DNA of 64,000 bases, taken from positions 13,384 to 77,383 of the forward strand of contig JBQCJR010000598.1 of NCBI GenBank assembly GCA_051952595.1, given 5' to 3'. Below the pieces are notes generated by a model. It saw only the letters and a list, made by a program, of their open reading frames with translations, was not told where the DNA came from and searched no databases. Made by a program: the position numbers and the translations under genes. This document shows, piece by piece, positions 8,595 through 17,440 of the stretch (its first letter is position 1; every line of letters starts with the position of its first letter). The DNA comes from Kofleriaceae bacterium. Its GTDB lineage: Bacteria > Myxococcota_A > Polyangia > Haliangiales > Haliangiaceae.

Positions 8595-9076
8595 CGGGCA
8601 CCTTCCGCTGGCCGCCGCGCATCGAACGGCACCAACCCCTTCGCACGGATGAACTCGCGCCACGGGGTGAAGGCGCCGGTAGCCCGGCACCAGAAGCCCC
8701 ATTCCTTGGTGCGCGAACCCGTCAGGAACAGCGTCCAACACTCGCCGTCGAGGAGTTCGACGCGGTGGAATGTGTCGCCGTGGATGACGTTCACCGCCCC
8801 GGGGCCGACGTCGCGGACCTCGACGCGCCCGCCCTCACCCCGCCGCTCCTCGCGGTAGCCGCCGGCGAGAATGAGCCCCACTGCCCACCGCCACGGGTGG
8901 TTGTGAAGCTCCGGGTCCTCGTCGGAGCGGTGGAAGCGGTGCAGGTAGACGCGCGGCCACCGCCACCCGATGTCGAGCAGCGTCCAGCGCGAGAGGTACG
9001 GCGAGCCGTCCGCGCCGGTGATGACCCGGCGCGACGGGAGGCGACGCGCGGCCACGGCGAGCAGACGGCGGATCAC
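8591..9076 (-). CDS. hypothetical protein with HNHPW motif
   Basis: GTG 9076 forms a GTGA overlap with the stop of 9073..9459; the track start 9094 is also possible. Sequence: YLSRWTLL...YLHRFHRSDEDPELHNHPW... Confidence 0.6.
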   Translation of the reverse strand: MIRRLLAVAARRLPSRRVITGADGSPYLSRWTLLDIGWRWPRVYLHRFHRSDEDPELHNHPWRWAVGLILAGGYREERRGEGGRVEVRDVGPGAVNVIHGDTFHRVELLDGECWTLFLTGSRTKEWGFWCRATGAFTPWREFIRAKGLVPFDARRPAEGAR

Positions 9077-9459
9077 CGCGCACCTCCGCGGCATGACCTG
9101 CGCGCGCAGAAGTCGACGAGGGCGCGCTCATCTTCGCTCGCCGTGCCAGCGCTGACCCTCCGCTCCGTGGACCCGATGGAGTACGGGGGCCAGTAGGTCG
9201 AGTGCTCCTCGTCGCGCTCGCAGGCGGCCAGATCCGCAGCGTCGCGCTCGAGCCCTTCCAACATCGCCTGGCGCAGCGTGCCCTCCGGCGGGCAGCGCGA
9301 GCAGACGCGCAGTTCCATCTGCAGGCGCGTGGTCTCTTGGCCGTAGCCGACATCGGATCCGCACCAGCACGAGGTGAGCACCGGGCAGACGGCGGCGGAG
9401 AACGCCGGAAGCGCCGCTGTCCCATCGCCCATCGGCGGCCAGGCCGGAGCCGCTGTCAT
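9073..9459 (-). CDS. Cys-rich hypothetical protein (128 aa)
   Basis: Track ORF trimmed to ATG 9459 (ATGA overlap with the stop of 9456..10349). Confidence 0.55.
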   Translation of the reverse strand: MTAAPAWPPMGDGTAALPAFSAAVCPVLTSCWCGSDVGYGQETTRLQMELRVCSRCPPEGTLRQAMLEGLERDAADLAACERDEEHSTYWPPYSIGSTERRVSAGTASEDERALVDFCARRSCRGGAR

Positions 9460-10349
9460 CGCCCGAGCTCCGTTGCCAGGTTGGCGAGGGCGTCGAGCCG
9501 TCGGGTGATCACCTTCAGCCGATCGATCACCTGCGGCTTCGCGCCAGTGGCGTGCGCCTCGAGTTCGCTGCTCAGGGTGCGGATCACGTGCACGGGGTCC
9601 AGTTCGCGTACCGCCTCGCGCGTGCTGCAGGCGGTGGACGTCTCGATCGTCCAGGCGTTGGCCGTCCACCCCTGCTTCAGGACGCAGCGCAGGAGCGAAC
9701 CGTCGTCCAGGAGATAGTAGGCGGGCCCGTCCTCGCTGTTGCCCGTCCAGAGGCGCACGCCACGCACCGAGAGGTACTCCGCATCGCTCGGCCGCTTCTT
9801 GGCCGGGATGCGCGAGCACATCGCCAGCAGCGCGGGCCTGATCAGGGCGATCACGCCGTCGAGAAGCCGCGCGGCCGCGTCCCTCCGCTCCTCTTCGGCA
9901 GCAGACCCCTTTGCGTGCACGCTTGCGACCATGGGCGCGAGCACGCTCATCTGGTGGATGAGCGCCATCATCTCGGCGGCGCCCGCGTCCTCCCCTGCAT
10001 CCTTCGGTCCCTGCATCTGCTCTCGTCCTCCTCGCAGCGCATGCAGCGCCGGCCCGAACCGGCGCATCAATTCCGCCATCGTGGCGTCTACCAGATCGTG
10101 CACCGGGAGGCGAACCGTCACGTACGGGCTCACTTCCATCGTGTCGCCCGCAAAGCCCTCGTCGGTGTACCCGAAGGCGCGGGCGATCTTGTGCACGACT
10201 TCCGGCGGCGGGCGCGAAGGTCCTTCGCCCCGGAGAAGCCTGGCGGTGTACCCGTGGCTCAGGGAGGCCGCGTCATCCAACCATGCGGGCGGCAGCATCT
10301 TCCGACGTAGGAGCCCGTTCACGCGCACGCGCAGTTCTTCACCTGTCAC
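9456..10349 (-). CDS. hypothetical protein with N-terminal XRE-like HTH
   Basis: Track ORF of 297 aa. HTH-like segment: SLSHGYTARLLRGEGPSRPPPEVVHKIARAFG. Confidence 0.65.
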   Translation of the reverse strand: MTGEELRVRVNGLLRRKMLPPAWLDDAASLSHGYTARLLRGEGPSRPPPEVVHKIARAFGYTDEGFAGDTMEVSPYVTVRLPVHDLVDATMAELMRRFGPALHALRGGREQMQGPKDAGEDAGAAEMMALIHQMSVLAPMVASVHAKGSAAEEERRDAAARLLDGVIALIRPALLAMCSRIPAKKRPSDAEYLSVRGVRLWTGNSEDGPAYYLLDDGSLLRCVLKQGWTANAWTIETSTACSTREAVRELDPVHVIRTLSSELEAHATGAKPQVIDRLKVITRRLDALANLATELGR

Positions 10350-10671
10350 ACGACCCCCTCTCCGTACCCGAGTGCCGCTTCCGCTGCCCGGGCAGAGTCA
10401 CGCGGATGGCGTCGCGCCGCACCACCGCGAGCACCTCACCCTCGCCGCGCAGGTGCGCTACGCACATGGACACCACGCCTCCCGGCAGTTCGATCCGGTC
10501 ACCGTCGTTCAGGTGCTGGAGCAACTGCGCGCGGAGTTGCTCGGAGCGGCGGCGCAGCCGGCGCGCTTCGACCTCTACCTGAACGAGCTCGGCCGCGAGG
10601 TCCTCGCGTACGGTCTCCCAGGCGCGATCGATCTCCGCCATGTCGTCGCACGGCCTCGACGCTGTGCTCAC
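10339..10671 (-). CDS. hypothetical protein (110 aa)
   Basis: GTG 10671 forms a GTGA overlap with the stop of 10668..11021. An internal ATG at 10641 is an alternative start. Confidence 0.55.
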   Translation of the reverse strand: MSTASRPCDDMAEIDRAWETVREDLAAELVQVEVEARRLRRRSEQLRAQLLQHLNDGDRIELPGGVVSMCVAHLRGEGEVLAVVRRDAIRVTLPGQRKRHSGTERGSCDR

Positions 10672-11021
10672 GCGGACCTTTGGGTGGGCTCGGGCTCCTG
10701 GTCATCCTCCAGCGAGGTCGCCGTGCGCTCGAGGTCTTCCTGCGCCGAGGACGTGCCCGAGGTCATCTCACCCGCGTCCGCCTCCGCGTTCGGCGTGTCG
10801 AGCCAGGACGCCGGTTCCGACTCCGACTCCGGCTCGACGACGGCCGAGGCATATGCGCTCGCCTGAAGCAGGCTCGTGCCCAGCTCCAGCGCGATGGCGC
10901 GCGTCCGGGCGTTCCTCGACGTGGCCGCGGCCCGCAGCCAGCGCGCGGCCTCCTTGGCGCCCATGGCCGCCGCCGTGTAGGCCGCGTCGAAGTCGATGTC
11001 CGGTGGGAGCGACGCGCTCAT
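10668..11021 (-). CDS. acidic hypothetical protein (117 aa)
   Basis: Track ORF trimmed to ATG 11021 (ATGA overlap with the stop of 11018..11467). Confidence 0.6.
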   Translation of the reverse strand: MSASLPPDIDFDAAYTAAAMGAKEAARWLRAAATSRNARTRAIALELGTSLLQASAYASAVVEPESESEPASWLDTPNAEADAGEMTSGTSSAQEDLERTATSLEDDQEPEPTQRSA

Positions 11022-11467
11022 GACTCGCTCACCGACGCTGCGGCGCGAGCGCGCGCACGGTCCATGGCGGTCACGAAAGGAACCGGGCTTGGCGCCGAGT
11101 AGGCGAGGAGCGCGTAGCCACCCCCGGCGGAGCGCTGGACGACGGCGAGGCCGTGGGCGCGCGAGGCGATGGCCGCACGGCGCTGCCGGGCCACGTCGGC
11201 GCTCACCCGCTCCTGCCAGCACTCGCCGGCCTTGGTGATGCCCGCTGCAGCCAACGCAGCCTCCGCCTGGGCGATCGCCGTCTGCGCCATGCGCAATGCC
11301 TGCCCGGCCGCGTTGTAGCCCGGCAGCGGGATCCACATCGCCATCGTCCGCATGGCCGCGAAGGTCGTGATCGCTGCCGCGTGGGTTGCAATCATCGCGT
11401 TGATAGCCTCGGGAGGACACGTCGCGCCCGTACCCATGGCGACCTTGAGGTCGAAGAACCCGCTCAT
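11018..11467 (-). CDS. hypothetical protein (149 aa)
   Basis: Track ORF with ATG 11467 and AAGGAG upstream. It is the first gene after promoter module A. Confidence 0.65.
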   Translation of the reverse strand: MSGFFDLKVAMGTGATCPPEAINAMIATHAAAITTFAAMRTMAMWIPLPGYNAAGQALRMAQTAIAQAEAALAAAGITKAGECWQERVSADVARQRRAAIASRAHGLAVVQRSAGGGYALLAYSAPSPVPFVTAMDRARARAAASVSES

Positions 11468-11484
11468 CGTCGCACTCCTTGCTG

Positions 11485-11546
11485 GTCGACCTCAGCGGCC
11501 GACATGGAGAACGTATCCTGTGCTCTAACGCTTGTCAACGTTACAG
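11485..11546 (-). promoter_or_regulatory. Promoter/operator/5'-hairpin module A
   Basis: All elements are read on the minus strand:
- Promoter: TTGACA (11538..11533), 17-nt spacer, TACGTT (11515..11510).
- Operator-like inverted repeat: CTCTAACG (11523..11530) / CGTTACAG (11539..11546), flanking the -35.
- Leader hairpin: GTCGGCC-GCTGA-GGTCGAC (11503..11485). Confidence 0.6.
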
Positions 11547-11590
11547 GCTCGCGTGCCCTCCTTCCAGCGTCGCTGCGCCATCCGGCGCCA

Positions 11591-12178
11591 TCACCTTGCG
11601 CGGCGCACGACCCCTTCGGGGACGGTCGGCGGCATCCGCTCCACCTCCGCCGCGAGCACAGCGTCTGCTGCGATGTCGCGGATGATACCGGCGAGCCGTT
11701 CGGCGAACTGCTCTGCCGCATCGTCCGGGCCCTCGAAGGCGCACCATGCCTCCCCCGAGGGAGGACAGACGAAGACCGCGGCACCGTCGTCCAGGTACTC
11801 CACGCGCACCGGCTCCACATGGGGGCGCTCGAGCTCCCGGGTGTGGCTGTCGCGCGGCGCCCCATCCGCCTCGCGAACGCGGCGGAGGACATCGACGGCC
11901 CACCGAAACGAGACGGCGCAGACCTGCACGAGTTCGTGGAAGAGGTGCTCGTCGTCCGTTGCCGCAACCGCCTCTGCGGTCTCCTCGCCGAGCACCGACG
12001 CCCACGTCTCGCGGCCTGCCAGCCGGTCGCTTTCCGCTCTGGCGGCCAGCTCCCACCTTTCTGCGATGACGCCCCCGGTACCGTCGCCACCGGGCGGGCG
12101 CGGACCGTGGAGGCGTCGCGCGCGCCGCGCCTCCTGAAGCACCGACCACATCACCATTCCCATCGCCCACAGCTTCAT
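11591..12178 (-). CDS. hypothetical protein (195 aa), possibly MazG-like
   Basis: This is the most protein-like of three overlapping track ORFs. ATG 12178 forms an ATGA overlap with the upstream stop. The segment LGEETAEAVAA...HELVQVCAVSFRW is weakly MazG-like. Confidence 0.55.
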   Translation of the reverse strand: MKLWAMGMVMWSVLQEARRARRLHGPRPPGGDGTGGVIAERWELAARAESDRLAGRETWASVLGEETAEAVAATDDEHLFHELVQVCAVSFRWAVDVLRRVREADGAPRDSHTRELERPHVEPVRVEYLDDGAAVFVCPPSGEAWCAFEGPDDAAEQFAERLAGIIRDIAADAVLAAEVERMPPTVPEGVVRRAR

Positions 12179-12633
12179 ACGCCTCCGAGCCAGCGCCTGG
12201 CGCTTGCGTTCGTGATCAGCCCATCATCCGTTCGGACGAGGACGCCGGCAAGAACGTGTTGCCGCACCCGCGCCTCGCCCACGCTTCCCAAGGCCGCCGC
12301 CTGGGACGGCGTCAGCGGTCGACCTTCGTTCAGCGCCTGCCGCCCCGCAGCCGCGGTCGCGAGGAGACGAAGCGTCGGGTGGATCTTCAGCGGCTGTTCC
12401 ACCAGGAACATCAGCGCCTTCAGGTCCCTTTCACCCATCACCGCCTGCTCGCCCTTCGCGTACCGCAGCAGTTCGTCAAGCTTTGCGCGGATGCGACCGC
12501 GAACGACAGGAGCCTTGCTCCCCCAGCGCTTCGTCTCCTCGAGCATTTGGTGAATGACCTCGGCCACGTGCGGGGCAAGGAGAGCGCTCGTTAGCCGCTG
12601 GAGGCGCGGCTCTTCTGTTGTGTTCCTGGGCAT
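12175..12633 (-). CDS. hypothetical protein (152 aa)
   Basis: Track ORF with ATG 12633 and GGAGG 3 nt upstream. Confidence 0.65.
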   Translation of the reverse strand: MPRNTTEEPRLQRLTSALLAPHVAEVIHQMLEETKRWGSKAPVVRGRIRAKLDELLRYAKGEQAVMGERDLKALMFLVEQPLKIHPTLRLLATAAAGRQALNEGRPLTPSQAAALGSVGEARVRQHVLAGVLVRTDDGLITNASARRWLGGV

Positions 12634-12640
12634 CGTCCTC

Positions 12641-12802
12641 CTACGCTGCGGCGCGCGAACGCGACGCCCGCCTCATGTCGACCCGGCGCCACCCACGCGC
12701 CATCACGGCGCGGCGCCTCCGGCGAGCCTCGCGGCGGTCCGCATGGCGATCCGCCATCTGATGGGGCTCCGGGTGACGCTCGACTCCGTTCGCGGTTTTC
12801 AT
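12641..12802 (-). CDS. small basic protein (53 aa), not in ORF track
   Basis: Hand translation from ATG 12802 (GGAGAAG upstream): MKTANGVERHPEPHQMADRHADRREARRRRRAVMARGWRRVDMRRASRSRAAA*. It lies immediately downstream of hairpin copy C. Confidence 0.4.
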   Translation of the reverse strand: MKTANGVERHPEPHQMADRHADRREARRRRRAVMARGWRRVDMRRASRSRAAA

Positions 12803-12818
12803 TGTTCTTCTCCTGCTG

Positions 12819-12837
12819 CTCGACCTCAGCGGCCGAG
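12819..12837 (-). repeat. Third copy of the leader hairpin, with a compensatory stem change
   Basis: The minus strand reads CTCGGCC-GCTGA-GGTCGAG. The outer pair is C-G here where copies A and B have G-C. Confidence 0.6.
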
Positions 12838-12936
12838 GTACTTGCGTCCAGTCTTGTCGCTACGCTCGGGCCGCAGCGCCCACCACGTCATGAAGATAAT
12901 GGTGGCGGTCCACCCCAGATGATCCCAGTCGGGCAT
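12826..12936 (-). CDS. small hydrophobic protein (36 aa), not in ORF track
   Basis: ATG 12936 lies 2 nt after the stop of 12939..13166. Sequence: MPDWDHLGWTATIIFMTWWALRPERSDKTGRKYLGR*. Its stop lies inside hairpin copy C. No SD seen. Confidence 0.35.
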   Translation of the reverse strand: MPDWDHLGWTATIIFMTWWALRPERSDKTGRKYLGR

Positions 12937-12938
12937 GC

Positions 12939-13166
12939 TCACGCGGCTTCTTGCACGCGCTGGATGAGCACAGCCTCGGCGCGCGCGAGCACGCGGGGGA
13001 AGCGCACCTCCTGGCCGGCGAACAGCACGCGCTCCACGAGCACGCCATCCCGGCTCACATCCGCTTCCACATTGAACCGCGCCGTCGCCGAGTCCGCAGG
13101 CAACCCAGCCAGAGCGTCCGCCTCGGCGTCCGTGAGGTCCATGTCCATGGGGAAAGTGGTCTTCAT
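12939..13166 (-). CDS. hypothetical protein (75 aa)
   Basis: Track ORF with ATG 13166 and AAGGAG upstream. It is the first gene after promoter module B. Confidence 0.65.
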   Translation of the reverse strand: MKTTFPMDMDLTDAEADALAGLPADSATARFNVEADVSRDGVLVERVLFAGQEVRFPRVLARAEAVLIQRVQEAA

Positions 13167-13179
13167 CTGGCGCTCCTTG

Positions 13180-13242
13180 GTCGACCTCAGCGGCCGACAC
13201 AGAAGAGTCTACGCAGCGCTCTAACGCTCGTCAACGTTAGAG
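13180..13242 (-). promoter_or_regulatory. Promoter/operator/5'-hairpin module B
   Basis: All elements are read on the minus strand:
- Promoter: TTGACG (13234..13229), 17-nt spacer, TAGACT (13211..13206).
- Operator-like perfect inverted repeat: CTCTAACG (13219..13226) / CGTTAGAG (13235..13242).
- Leader hairpin: GTCGGCC-GCTGA-GGTCGAC (13198..13180).
The module overlaps the last codons of 13221..13910. Confidence 0.6.
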
Positions 13243-13910
13243 CCGACCCGTTCTGTCGATTTCTGGGGCGGACCCCGAAACGCGATGGCCACCTCCCCGG
13301 GCTCGCACTTGGCAAGCGTCATGCCGGACGCCCGCAGGTGGTCCGCACACGCCGCACAGTGCTGCGTGGACGTTGGCCAGCCGCAAGCGCAGCGCCGGAT
13401 AGGAGGTGGCTCCGGCTCCGTAGCCGTTGGGTGGAGCTCTCCCCCGTCGATAGCGCCCAAGGCGGGGAGGATGACCGACCGGAGAAGTCCCCTGTGACAG
13501 TGCTCGGGGTTGGTGCAAAAGCACACGAGCACCACCCGTGGGCGCCGGAGGAGCCTGAGCCACGCCTGACGGTGCTGCACCCACGAGGCGCGCATCTCGC
13601 GGACGAAAGCGGGCTGGTACGCCTCCCACGCGGCGGCCTCGATGTCCTCGGCCTGACGCTGGTAGACGAAGGGGTCGAAGGTGGGGATGTCGCTGGCGCC
13701 TTCGGCCTCGAGGAGGCGCTTGCACTCGGCCATCACCGCGTCGGCGCGCCGGCGGGCCTTCAGCGCCGGGCTGAGAACGGCCCACGACGGCGCGAACGGC
13801 GCACCAGGCGACTCCTCCCCGCGCGCGAGTTGCTTGTCGGCTGTGGCCCGAGTGATGTCGAAGCGGTCGGGGCCCGGGTAGGTGAGGCGCGCGGAGTAGA
13901 CCAGGGTCAT
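13221..13910 (-). CDS. hypothetical protein, possibly DUF488-like
   Basis: Track ORF of 229 aa with ATGA overlap at 13910. The segment VVLVCFCTNPEHCHRGLL resembles the C-terminal CHR motif of DUF488. Confidence 0.6.
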   Translation of the reverse strand: MTLVYSARLTYPGPDRFDITRATADKQLARGEESPGAPFAPSWAVLSPALKARRRADAVMAECKRLLEAEGASDIPTFDPFVYQRQAEDIEAAAWEAYQPAFVREMRASWVQHRQAWLRLLRRPRVVLVCFCTNPEHCHRGLLRSVILPALGAIDGGELHPTATEPEPPPIRRCACGWPTSTQHCAACADHLRASGMTLAKCEPGEVAIAFRGPPQKSTERVGSNVDER

Positions 13911-14788
13911 GGCTCCTCGCCGCGCAGAGATTCCTCGTCCTTGAGCAGAAACTCGAGAGGGATGGCTGCCTCGATGCGCTCCATCGTGTCCTCCACGCGG
14001 GTGAGCAACGGGTCGTCGTCATCGAGCTTGATGGCCGAGAGAACTTGGTGGCACTCCCGGAGCAGTTCCCAGAACTGCACGCCGCGCGGAACCAACTGCC
14101 CATGCTGGGCGAGCGCGGCCTTGATGACGTGGATCTCTTCGGTGAGCGTGCCTTTCTCCCGCACCAGTGCGGCGCGCTCGCGCGCTGCGCTGCGGGCCGC
14201 CGGGCCACGCTCCCTCGAGAGTCGTGTCAGGACCGCCAGACGACCGTCGATGGCGGTGAGCCGCGCGCCCATCTCGCGCCGACGTCGCTGAAGCGCCTCC
14301 GGGTCCATCCCGACGAGTGCCGCCTCCGTCACCGTGGCCGAGGGGATGGCTGGCGCCGGGCGCTCGGCACTCGGTCTGGCGGGTGGAAGAGGCAGAAGCC
14401 TCTGGACCGCCGCGGTCATCGCCACCTCGACCTCAAAGAGCGCGCGTTCGATGACGGTCATGGCGGGCGCGTTCGAGCGGGGCGGCGGCTCAATGGGCCC
14501 GCCCGTCAGCGCGGTCACCTGTCGGAGGCCAGCGATCCATCGTCCGCGCGCGAAGGCGGTTGCATCCCAGAGGATCTCGACGCTCGCGTCGCGCCGTACC
14601 AGCACGCCCAGATGCGACACCCCAAGCCCGGCGTTGCGCACGGGGATCGACCCATGCACAGCGCCGTCGCTTCGAGCAACAGAAGCGTGCACACCGCGCT
14701 CCGGGAATGCCGCTTGGCTCGGTGCGGCTCTGGGTCTGGAACCATCGACGCGCGTGGCGGGCTCTTGCCGCCGCCGAACGATCAGCAT
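13907..14788 (-). CDS. hypothetical protein (293 aa; start uncertain)
   Basis: Track ORF with ATG 14788 and GGAGG 11 nt upstream. It overlaps the upstream stop by 7 nt. The C-terminal half looks coiled-coil. Confidence 0.55.
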   Translation of the reverse strand: MLIVRRRQEPATRVDGSRPRAAPSQAAFPERGVHASVARSDGAVHGSIPVRNAGLGVSHLGVLVRRDASVEILWDATAFARGRWIAGLRQVTALTGGPIEPPPRSNAPAMTVIERALFEVEVAMTAAVQRLLPLPPARPSAERPAPAIPSATVTEAALVGMDPEALQRRRREMGARLTAIDGRLAVLTRLSRERGPAARSAARERAALVREKGTLTEEIHVIKAALAQHGQLVPRGVQFWELLRECHQVLSAIKLDDDDPLLTRVEDTMERIEAAIPLEFLLKDEESLRGEEP

Positions 14789-15447
14789 CCTTGTCGGTCC
14801 TCCGCGCTGACGGATGATGGTGTGGCCCCGGACCCATCGCAGATGTCGATCCCCGCGCCGACTTTCATGTGCCGTGGGAACACGAGGTCAGCGATCAGCA
14901 TGTGGCGATGTCGACAGAACGGGCAGATGGCCTCGCGGGAGCCGCCCTTGGGGCGCAGCGCGTCGATCACGACGTCAAGCGACACGTGGTAGATCTTCTG
15001 CCGTCCCGCGACCCTGATGGGCTGCAACGGGATCGCTCTGGCGATCTCGAAGGCGAACCGTCCAGGCTCGTAGAACCAGGCTCGCTCCTCATCTTCCGGC
15101 AAGAGGGGTCGGCACGCGCTGAACTGAACGAGCGCCATCGTCACACCCTGCCGGTCGGTCAGCTCGATGACGGCGCGCGGCAGACGATGCGCAGCCTTGC
15201 CCAGTCGCTCGAACCCCTCAGCGCTCTTTTTCTGCGCCGAACAGATGAGCACCGGCGTGTTCTCCGTAGCCCAGCGCTCAGGCATCTTCCACGCGCGCGT
15301 CTCGATGTCCTTTACGCCCGCATCGGCGCCAGGCAACACGGCGGCGGTCAGGCCGGCGTAGGGCTGGTGGAGCGACATCGCCGGGACGCGATCGCCCATG
15401 CGGCGCACCATGGCGCCCAGCAGGATCGGGTCGATGACCTGCCTCAT
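14782..15447 (-). CDS. ASCH-domain protein with C-terminal Cys/His segment
   Basis: Track ORF trimmed to ATG 15447 (ATGA overlap). Sequence: MSLHQPYAGL...VKDIETRAWKMP... followed by CPFCRHRH. Confidence 0.65.
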   Translation of the reverse strand: MRQVIDPILLGAMVRRMGDRVPAMSLHQPYAGLTAAVLPGADAGVKDIETRAWKMPERWATENTPVLICSAQKKSAEGFERLGKAAHRLPRAVIELTDRQGVTMALVQFSACRPLLPEDEERAWFYEPGRFAFEIARAIPLQPIRVAGRQKIYHVSLDVVIDALRPKGGSREAICPFCRHRHMLIADLVFPRHMKVGAGIDICDGSGATPSSVSAEDRQGC

Positions 15448-16469
15448 CGCGCATCCCCGAGTAGATGCACGCGCGCCGGCGGCCAGCCGTTGTCCGAGGC
15501 GCGCTCGTCCTCCTGGTGCTGGAGGAGCTTCTGGATGAAGAGCGCCTCGCCCGCCGTGAGTGGCTGGTCGACGCCCGCCGCCCTGAAGCTGATGGTCCCG
15601 TTGCGCTTCGGATCTACCGCCACACGGCAGCGCCGCCCGGTTGGCAACGTGCCCTCCATCTCGTAGTAGCCCTCGGTGTTCCTGTTCTTCACGCGAAAGA
15701 TGTCCGGCACGCGGAACATGGGCTTCGGCGTCACGTGGTCCGGCACGCGGTGGAGACCGCGCGCCATGGGGTGCTTGGGGTCGCCATCTTGCGTCGTCCC
15801 GAGCACCCACGGGAGCACGCCCGCCTCGGCAATGAGGATCTCGAGCACGCGGGCCGTACGCTGCTCGCTCCACTTCCGAAGCGGCGCTCCCCACGCACAC
15901 ACGACGATCTCGGCCAGCTGCGCGACTTGCAAGAGGAAGGCGTCGTTCTTGGGCCCCACCGGGTCGTCGACCTTCTGCAGGTGCTCCGGGTGCGGCGAGC
16001 GCCTGGCGTACTTGTTCGCGATGAGCACCGCGCCGAACCCCCAGCGTTCGGTCCAGCCCTTGATGCGAAGGACGGTCGGGTCGTTCACCTCCCGGCCACG
16101 CGCATCCACGCCGCTGGCTGTGCTCGGGTTCAGCATGATGAAGCCCACGGTGCGATCCACCGCGCTCACGCGCCGCCCGAGCAGGTAGCGGAACTCCTCC
16201 TCGGCCACCTCCCACGCCGCGGGCTGCGCCGCGTTCGCGAGCGCGCGCAGGCAGTCAGGACAGTCCGGCGTTCCGGGCCGGGCCGAGCCGGTGACCTTGA
16301 CCCTCGTGCACAGCGACTCGGCCAGCACGCAGTTGTAGAAGTCGCCGTTGCAGTGCGTGGCGACGGCGTGGTGGAGGATGCCATGGGGCATCGTCCATAC
16401 GTCGCCCGGTTTCTTCTGCGCCTCGGCCTCAGCCACCACGCGCAACCAGTCCACTTGCTTCGCGTTCAT
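15444..16469 (-). CDS. DUF1643-domain protein
   Basis: Track ORF trimmed to ATG 16469 (TGATG overlap). DUF1643-like segments: GFIMLNPSTA...NDPTVLRI...GAVLIANKYARRSPHP...GPKNDAFL...VVCAWG. Confidence 0.7.
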   Translation of the reverse strand: MNAKQVDWLRVVAEAEAQKKPGDVWTMPHGILHHAVATHCNGDFYNCVLAESLCTRVKVTGSARPGTPDCPDCLRALANAAQPAAWEVAEEEFRYLLGRRVSAVDRTVGFIMLNPSTASGVDARGREVNDPTVLRIKGWTERWGFGAVLIANKYARRSPHPEHLQKVDDPVGPKNDAFLLQVAQLAEIVVCAWGAPLRKWSEQRTARVLEILIAEAGVLPWVLGTTQDGDPKHPMARGLHRVPDHVTPKPMFRVPDIFRVKNRNTEGYYEMEGTLPTGRRCRVAVDPKRNGTISFRAAGVDQPLTAGEALFIQKLLQHQEDERASDNGWPPARVHLLGDAR

Positions 16470-17440
16470 CACAGCCACCCCGCCGCGCGCGCGCGCTCTT
16501 GGAGCCCCGCCGGCATGGGCGCCTTCTGGTACCAGTCCACCTCGCCGGCGAGGGTGTGGAGCCCCCGTTCCGTGTAGAAGGCGCGGATCCACTCCGGGTC
16601 GCCCCAGCCCACCCGGCACGCCGCGATGGAAGCCTCCACGGGAACGTCGCACCGGAGCTCCACGAGCTTGCGGCTCAGGCGCGCGGCCTCTGCGCCGAGT
16701 TCGAGGCGGCGGCGCACCCGCTTGTTCTCCAGGATGGCGGTCTTCAAGACAGCATCCAGAGACCCGCGGCGGCTGATCAGCGCGCCGGCGGTCTCCACGC
16801 CGATCCCGTCAACGCCTGGGATTCCGTCGCTACCATCGCCCACGAGGGCGAAGAAGTCGGCCAGCTGGTCCGGGTCTACTCCCCAACGGCGCACGACCTC
16901 CATTCGGCCCACGGTCTCGTGCGAGGCGCCATCCCAGAGCGCGGCGCGCCCACGCAGCGGTGTCGGAAGGGCGGCTGTGCGCGGGCCCGGCGTGCTCCCC
17001 ACGAGTTGCATCAGGTCCTTGTCCCTGGCGAGGATCACCACCTGGAGCCCGGCCGCGGCGCCCATGTCGGCGATCGTGGCGATCACGTCGTCCGCCTCGA
17101 ACCAAGGGACGCCGAGCACCGGGATGTGATGCAGCCGCAGAAGATTTTTGGCCGCCGCGGCCAGCTCGTGGACGCCGGCCGGGTGCGGGGGACGGTGCGC
17201 CTTGTACTTGGGGTAGAGCACGTGCCTCCACGTCGGCGGCTTCGAGTCCACCGCGGCGATGAGGAAGGCCGGCTCGCGCAAGAGGAGCTTTACCAGCTTC
17301 TTCGCGATGACCTCGACGGGCTTGTGCTTCTCGCCGAACTCCACCTCCTGCGCGGTCGCGTGATAGACCGCGTGCACCCACATGGCCAGGTCGAGGATGT
17401 AGAGGGCGTCGGGTGCTCCACGCCGCGGAAGCTCAGCCAT
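16469..17440 (-). CDS. 5'-3' exonuclease / flap endonuclease (Pol I 5'-nuclease family)
   Basis: Track ORF trimmed to ATG 17440. Motifs: YILDLAMWVH, FEADDVIATIA, ILARDKDLMQLV, ALVGDGSDGIPGVDGIGVETAGALI. Confidence 0.85.
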   Translation of the reverse strand: MAELPRRGAPDALYILDLAMWVHAVYHATAQEVEFGEKHKPVEVIAKKLVKLLLREPAFLIAAVDSKPPTWRHVLYPKYKAHRPPHPAGVHELAAAAKNLLRLHHIPVLGVPWFEADDVIATIADMGAAAGLQVVILARDKDLMQLVGSTPGPRTAALPTPLRGRAALWDGASHETVGRMEVVRRWGVDPDQLADFFALVGDGSDGIPGVDGIGVETAGALISRRGSLDAVLKTAILENKRVRRRLELGAEAARLSRKLVELRCDVPVEASIAACRVGWGDPEWIRAFYTERGLHTLAGEVDWYQKAPMPAGLQERARAAGWL

